IMG/VR virus record: IMGVR_UViG_3300035696_000002
Length of the DNA: 64,000 nt
DNA from: a virus
Taxonomy: Duplodnaviria > Heunggongvirae > Uroviricota > Caudoviricetes
Strand: one strand, 5' to 3'
The notes under the pieces are model-generated. The model saw nothing but the letters and a program-made list of their open reading frames with translations. It made no database searches and was not told where the DNA came from. Positions 62,063-64,000 of this stretch are shown here, one piece after another. The stretch's first letter is position 1. Every line of letters begins with the position of its first letter. Both the position numbers and the translations under genes were made by a program.

Positions 62063-62381
62063 GGCGGAGCCTTTCAACGCGACCCGTTTTCGACCTCTGG
62101 GCCGCTTGTTCATCCAGCAACACGCCTACCAGCGTGGTAGCCTTCTTCATATTCGCTTCACAGGCGGCGGCATTGAACATCGCCAGCCGGGCCTCTTCCC
62201 AGCACTTCTCGTGGATCGCCCACTTCTTGGCATCCCCACCATGACGGCGGATGCGGATTTCTCCCACCTGCTGGTACCGATCCTTGGTCACGGTCGCCAT
62301 GCTGATATAGACGATCTTGTCGCCCGGCGTAAAACTACCGGGGCAGAAAAAGCACTTCGCGGGGACGCGGATGGCAGCCAT
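62052..62381 (-). CDS. Zn-binding hypothetical protein
   Basis: CFFC...HEKC. Confidence 0.6.
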   Translation of the reverse strand: MAAIRVPAKCFFCPGSFTPGDKIVYISMATVTKDRYQQVGEIRIRRHGGDAKKWAIHEKCWEEARLAMFNAAACEANMKKATTLVGVLLDEQAAQRSKTGRVERLRHGT

Positions 62382-62636
62382 TTACTCTGGAAGCTCCCGC
62401 TTGACGATCTCGCCGCCGACCGAGGGGTTATACTCCCCGCCGTAGAACTTGGACAGCCGGGCAGCAACTTCATCCTCAGCCAGTGCGAGCCAGTACTCGG
62501 TCTCGAACCGGGTGTAGGGTGCCCCGTCGTACATGGATGGAGGATTGGACGACAGGATCAGCTTGTAGTGCTCGATGACCAGTTGCAGGTCGCCGAGGGT
62601 GAGCGATTTGAATCTGAGCTTGGACATGACTACCAT
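62382..62636 (-). CDS. hypothetical protein
   Basis: Coupled ORF. Confidence 0.55.
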   Translation of the reverse strand: MVVMSKLRFKSLTLGDLQLVIEHYKLILSSNPPSMYDGAPYTRFETEYWLALAEDEVAARLSKFYGGEYNPSVGGEIVKRELPE

Positions 62637-62818
62637 TTCTCCTGATCGCGGAATCGGGTCAGCAAGTCAACGAGGGTTTCCTCGGTGAGGTGGATCGGAC
62701 GGTACTGGGTGTCCGGGCTGAGCGTCTTGCGGACGAACGCAAGGGCGGCTTGCCGGGTGTGCTCCAACGCCGGAGGGTAGTCCTGCGTGTGAGTCCAGAA
62801 CTCCGAGGGATTAGGCAC
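62630..62818 (-). CDS. hypothetical protein
   Basis: Probable GTG start at 62818. Confidence 0.5.
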   Translation of the reverse strand: MPNPSEFWTHTQDYPPALEHTRQAALAFVRKTLSPDTQYRPIHLTEETLVDLLTRFRDQEKW

Positions 62819-63104
62819 GGGCGGCTCTCCGCTTCGTGATCTTGGCCGGAGCCTTGCGGCTCTCAAACCGGGCCTTGGTGTTGACAACCTTGACCTTGGC
62901 CGGGGTGGTCAGGATGGGGGTAGCGAACGGCTTCAGTTCAAACCAGAAGCCAGCGAACCCGACCTCGGATTTGCCGTTGATATCGTACTGGCGGTCTTCA
63001 TCGAAGACGGCAGTTTTGGTGACCTTGGTGATCGTGGCAGTCTCTTCGGACGTGACCCCGGCACCGTGGACGAGCAGGCGTACTTTCTGACCCTTCTTGA
63101 ACAT
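62811..63104 (-). CDS. SH3-like basic protein, first gene of the minus-strand array
   Basis: SD AGGAGA; FKKGQKV...ATITKVTK. Confidence 0.7.
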   Translation of the reverse strand: MFKKGQKVRLLVHGAGVTSEETATITKVTKTAVFDEDRQYDINGKSEVGFAGFWFELKPFATPILTTPAKVKVVNTKARFESRKAPAKITKRRAARA

Positions 63105-63563
63105 TCGGGAAATCTCCTGATATTTACCGGGGGGCGGGTGATTCATGACTACGAAGACAGGTCTTTGAGTCGTCCGGGCATCCCGCCCGGCACCACAGCC
63201 CGACCCCCATTCCTCACACTAATACTGGGAATTTCCCCTAAGCGGCATTTTGGGGGTCATTTTCAAAATCGCGAAATTTTTGGCAAAAATTTTTGAAGGC
63301 CCCCCTGCCCCCTTTCAGGGGGCGGTAAAAATCATAGTCAACCCCACTTTCGTGCCCCGGCCTAAAACTTTCGTGCCATGCGTCCGCTGTACCGACGCTG
63401 CACGCCCGGCCCCGGTGTTTACCAACTCGTCATAGGTTACTTACCACTTGGTACACTGTTACCGGGGCGAACATAAGGCGTAACACCCATGGTATCAACA
63501 CGGTACGGTGGGGGGTGGACAAACTGGGGAGATTGTGGGGTGGGGGGCCGGGTACTTCCTACC

Positions 63564-63592
63564 TTGACGCCGGGGGCCGGGTAGGGTACCAT
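63564..63592 (+). promoter_or_regulatory. sigma70-like promoter, leaderless arrangement
   Basis: TTGACG-17 nt-TACCAT; ATG at 63598. Confidence 0.65.
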
Positions 63593-63597
63593 GGGTC

Positions 63598-64000
63598 ATG
63601 CACTACTTCGAGCCTGCTGAGCTTGTCGCCCTGCTCCGTCATGTATACGAACGCAACCGGGTGCACCATCTCGCTATGCTCACCACCGTGTGCCATGGAC
63701 TCCGGGTGACCGAGGCCTTGTCACTCCGGGGCCGGGACGTAACGGACGGATACGTGGCGACGCCCCGAGGCAAGGACAGCATCCCCGTGTTCCAACGCCT
63801 GCACGCCAGCCCGGTGCCCTACCTCGACGAACGTCCGCTCGCGGTGCACGCGGGAGGCGTAGGCCGCGACGCCTACCTGTTCGACATGGGCCGGAGCCGG
63901 GCGGACGAGATCATCAAACGGTACGGGGCCGGGGTCGGCATCCACCGTAAGAAGTGCCACTGGCATACCTTGAAGCACACGACCGCCATGCTCGTATGGT
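63598..64000 (+). CDS. tyrosine recombinase catalytic domain, truncated by window end (not in ORF track)
   Basis: MHYFEPAELVALL...HGLRVTEALSLRGRDV...RGKDS...YLF...HWHTLKHTTA; R, K and H-x-x-K/H catalytic positions. Confidence 0.85.
   Translation, partial: MHYFEPAELVALLRHVYERNRVHHLAMLTTVCHGLRVTEALSLRGRDVTDGYVATPRGKDSIPVFQRLHASPVPYLDERPLAVHAGGVGRDAYLFDMGRSRADEIIKRYGAGVGIHRKKCHWHTLKHTTAMLVW

Noticed and set aside
63464-63492. GGCGAACATAA resembles the XerC arm of dif
   Set aside because: The second arm (TTATGTTAAAT-like) is absent after a 6-nt spacer.

Overview
This 64 kb window looks like part of a large, GC-rich tailed dsDNA phage genome. No host genes are evident. An outer-membrane beta-barrel and a lipoprotein point to a diderm host (inference). 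Layout: 1-22 kb (+) replication, recombination and nucleotide genes (HU-like, gp32-like SSB, DnaQ-like exonuclease, RuvC, RecA, half-SbcC plus SbcD, MazG-like and deoxyribosyltransferase-like enzymes, a secreted zincin plus lipoprotein pair). 22-31 kb is an RNA-rich island with 15 intact-looking tRNA genes, 2 degenerate tRNAs and many unexplained structured RNAs, interrupted by an AAA ATPase/NADAR cassette. 32-40 kb holds a primase Zn-finger, a family A DNA polymerase with a nuclease-like tail, and the portal. 40-55 kb holds tail and fibre genes built from repeated modules. 55-63 kb (-) is a dense array of small genes. 63.6 kb to the end is a short tyrosine recombinase. The main candidate novel system: each tRNA array is preceded by a sigma70-like promoter and a short leader peptide (absent from the ORF track) whose codons match the downstream tRNAs. 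Leader 1 (22110-22187) uses CTA, CTG, CTC, TTG, CTT and TAT and sits in a complete 1:2/2:3/3:4 attenuator ahead of the Tyr/Leu tRNAs. Leader 2 (27106-27177) uses CCA, CCG, CCT, ATG x5 and TTT x2 and sits in a hairpin that hides an anti-tRNA strand ahead of the Pro/Met/Phe tRNAs. This suggests the phage senses shortage of specific host tRNAs and switches on replacements. All RNA folds were paired by eye and protein families recognised by motif; no searches were run.
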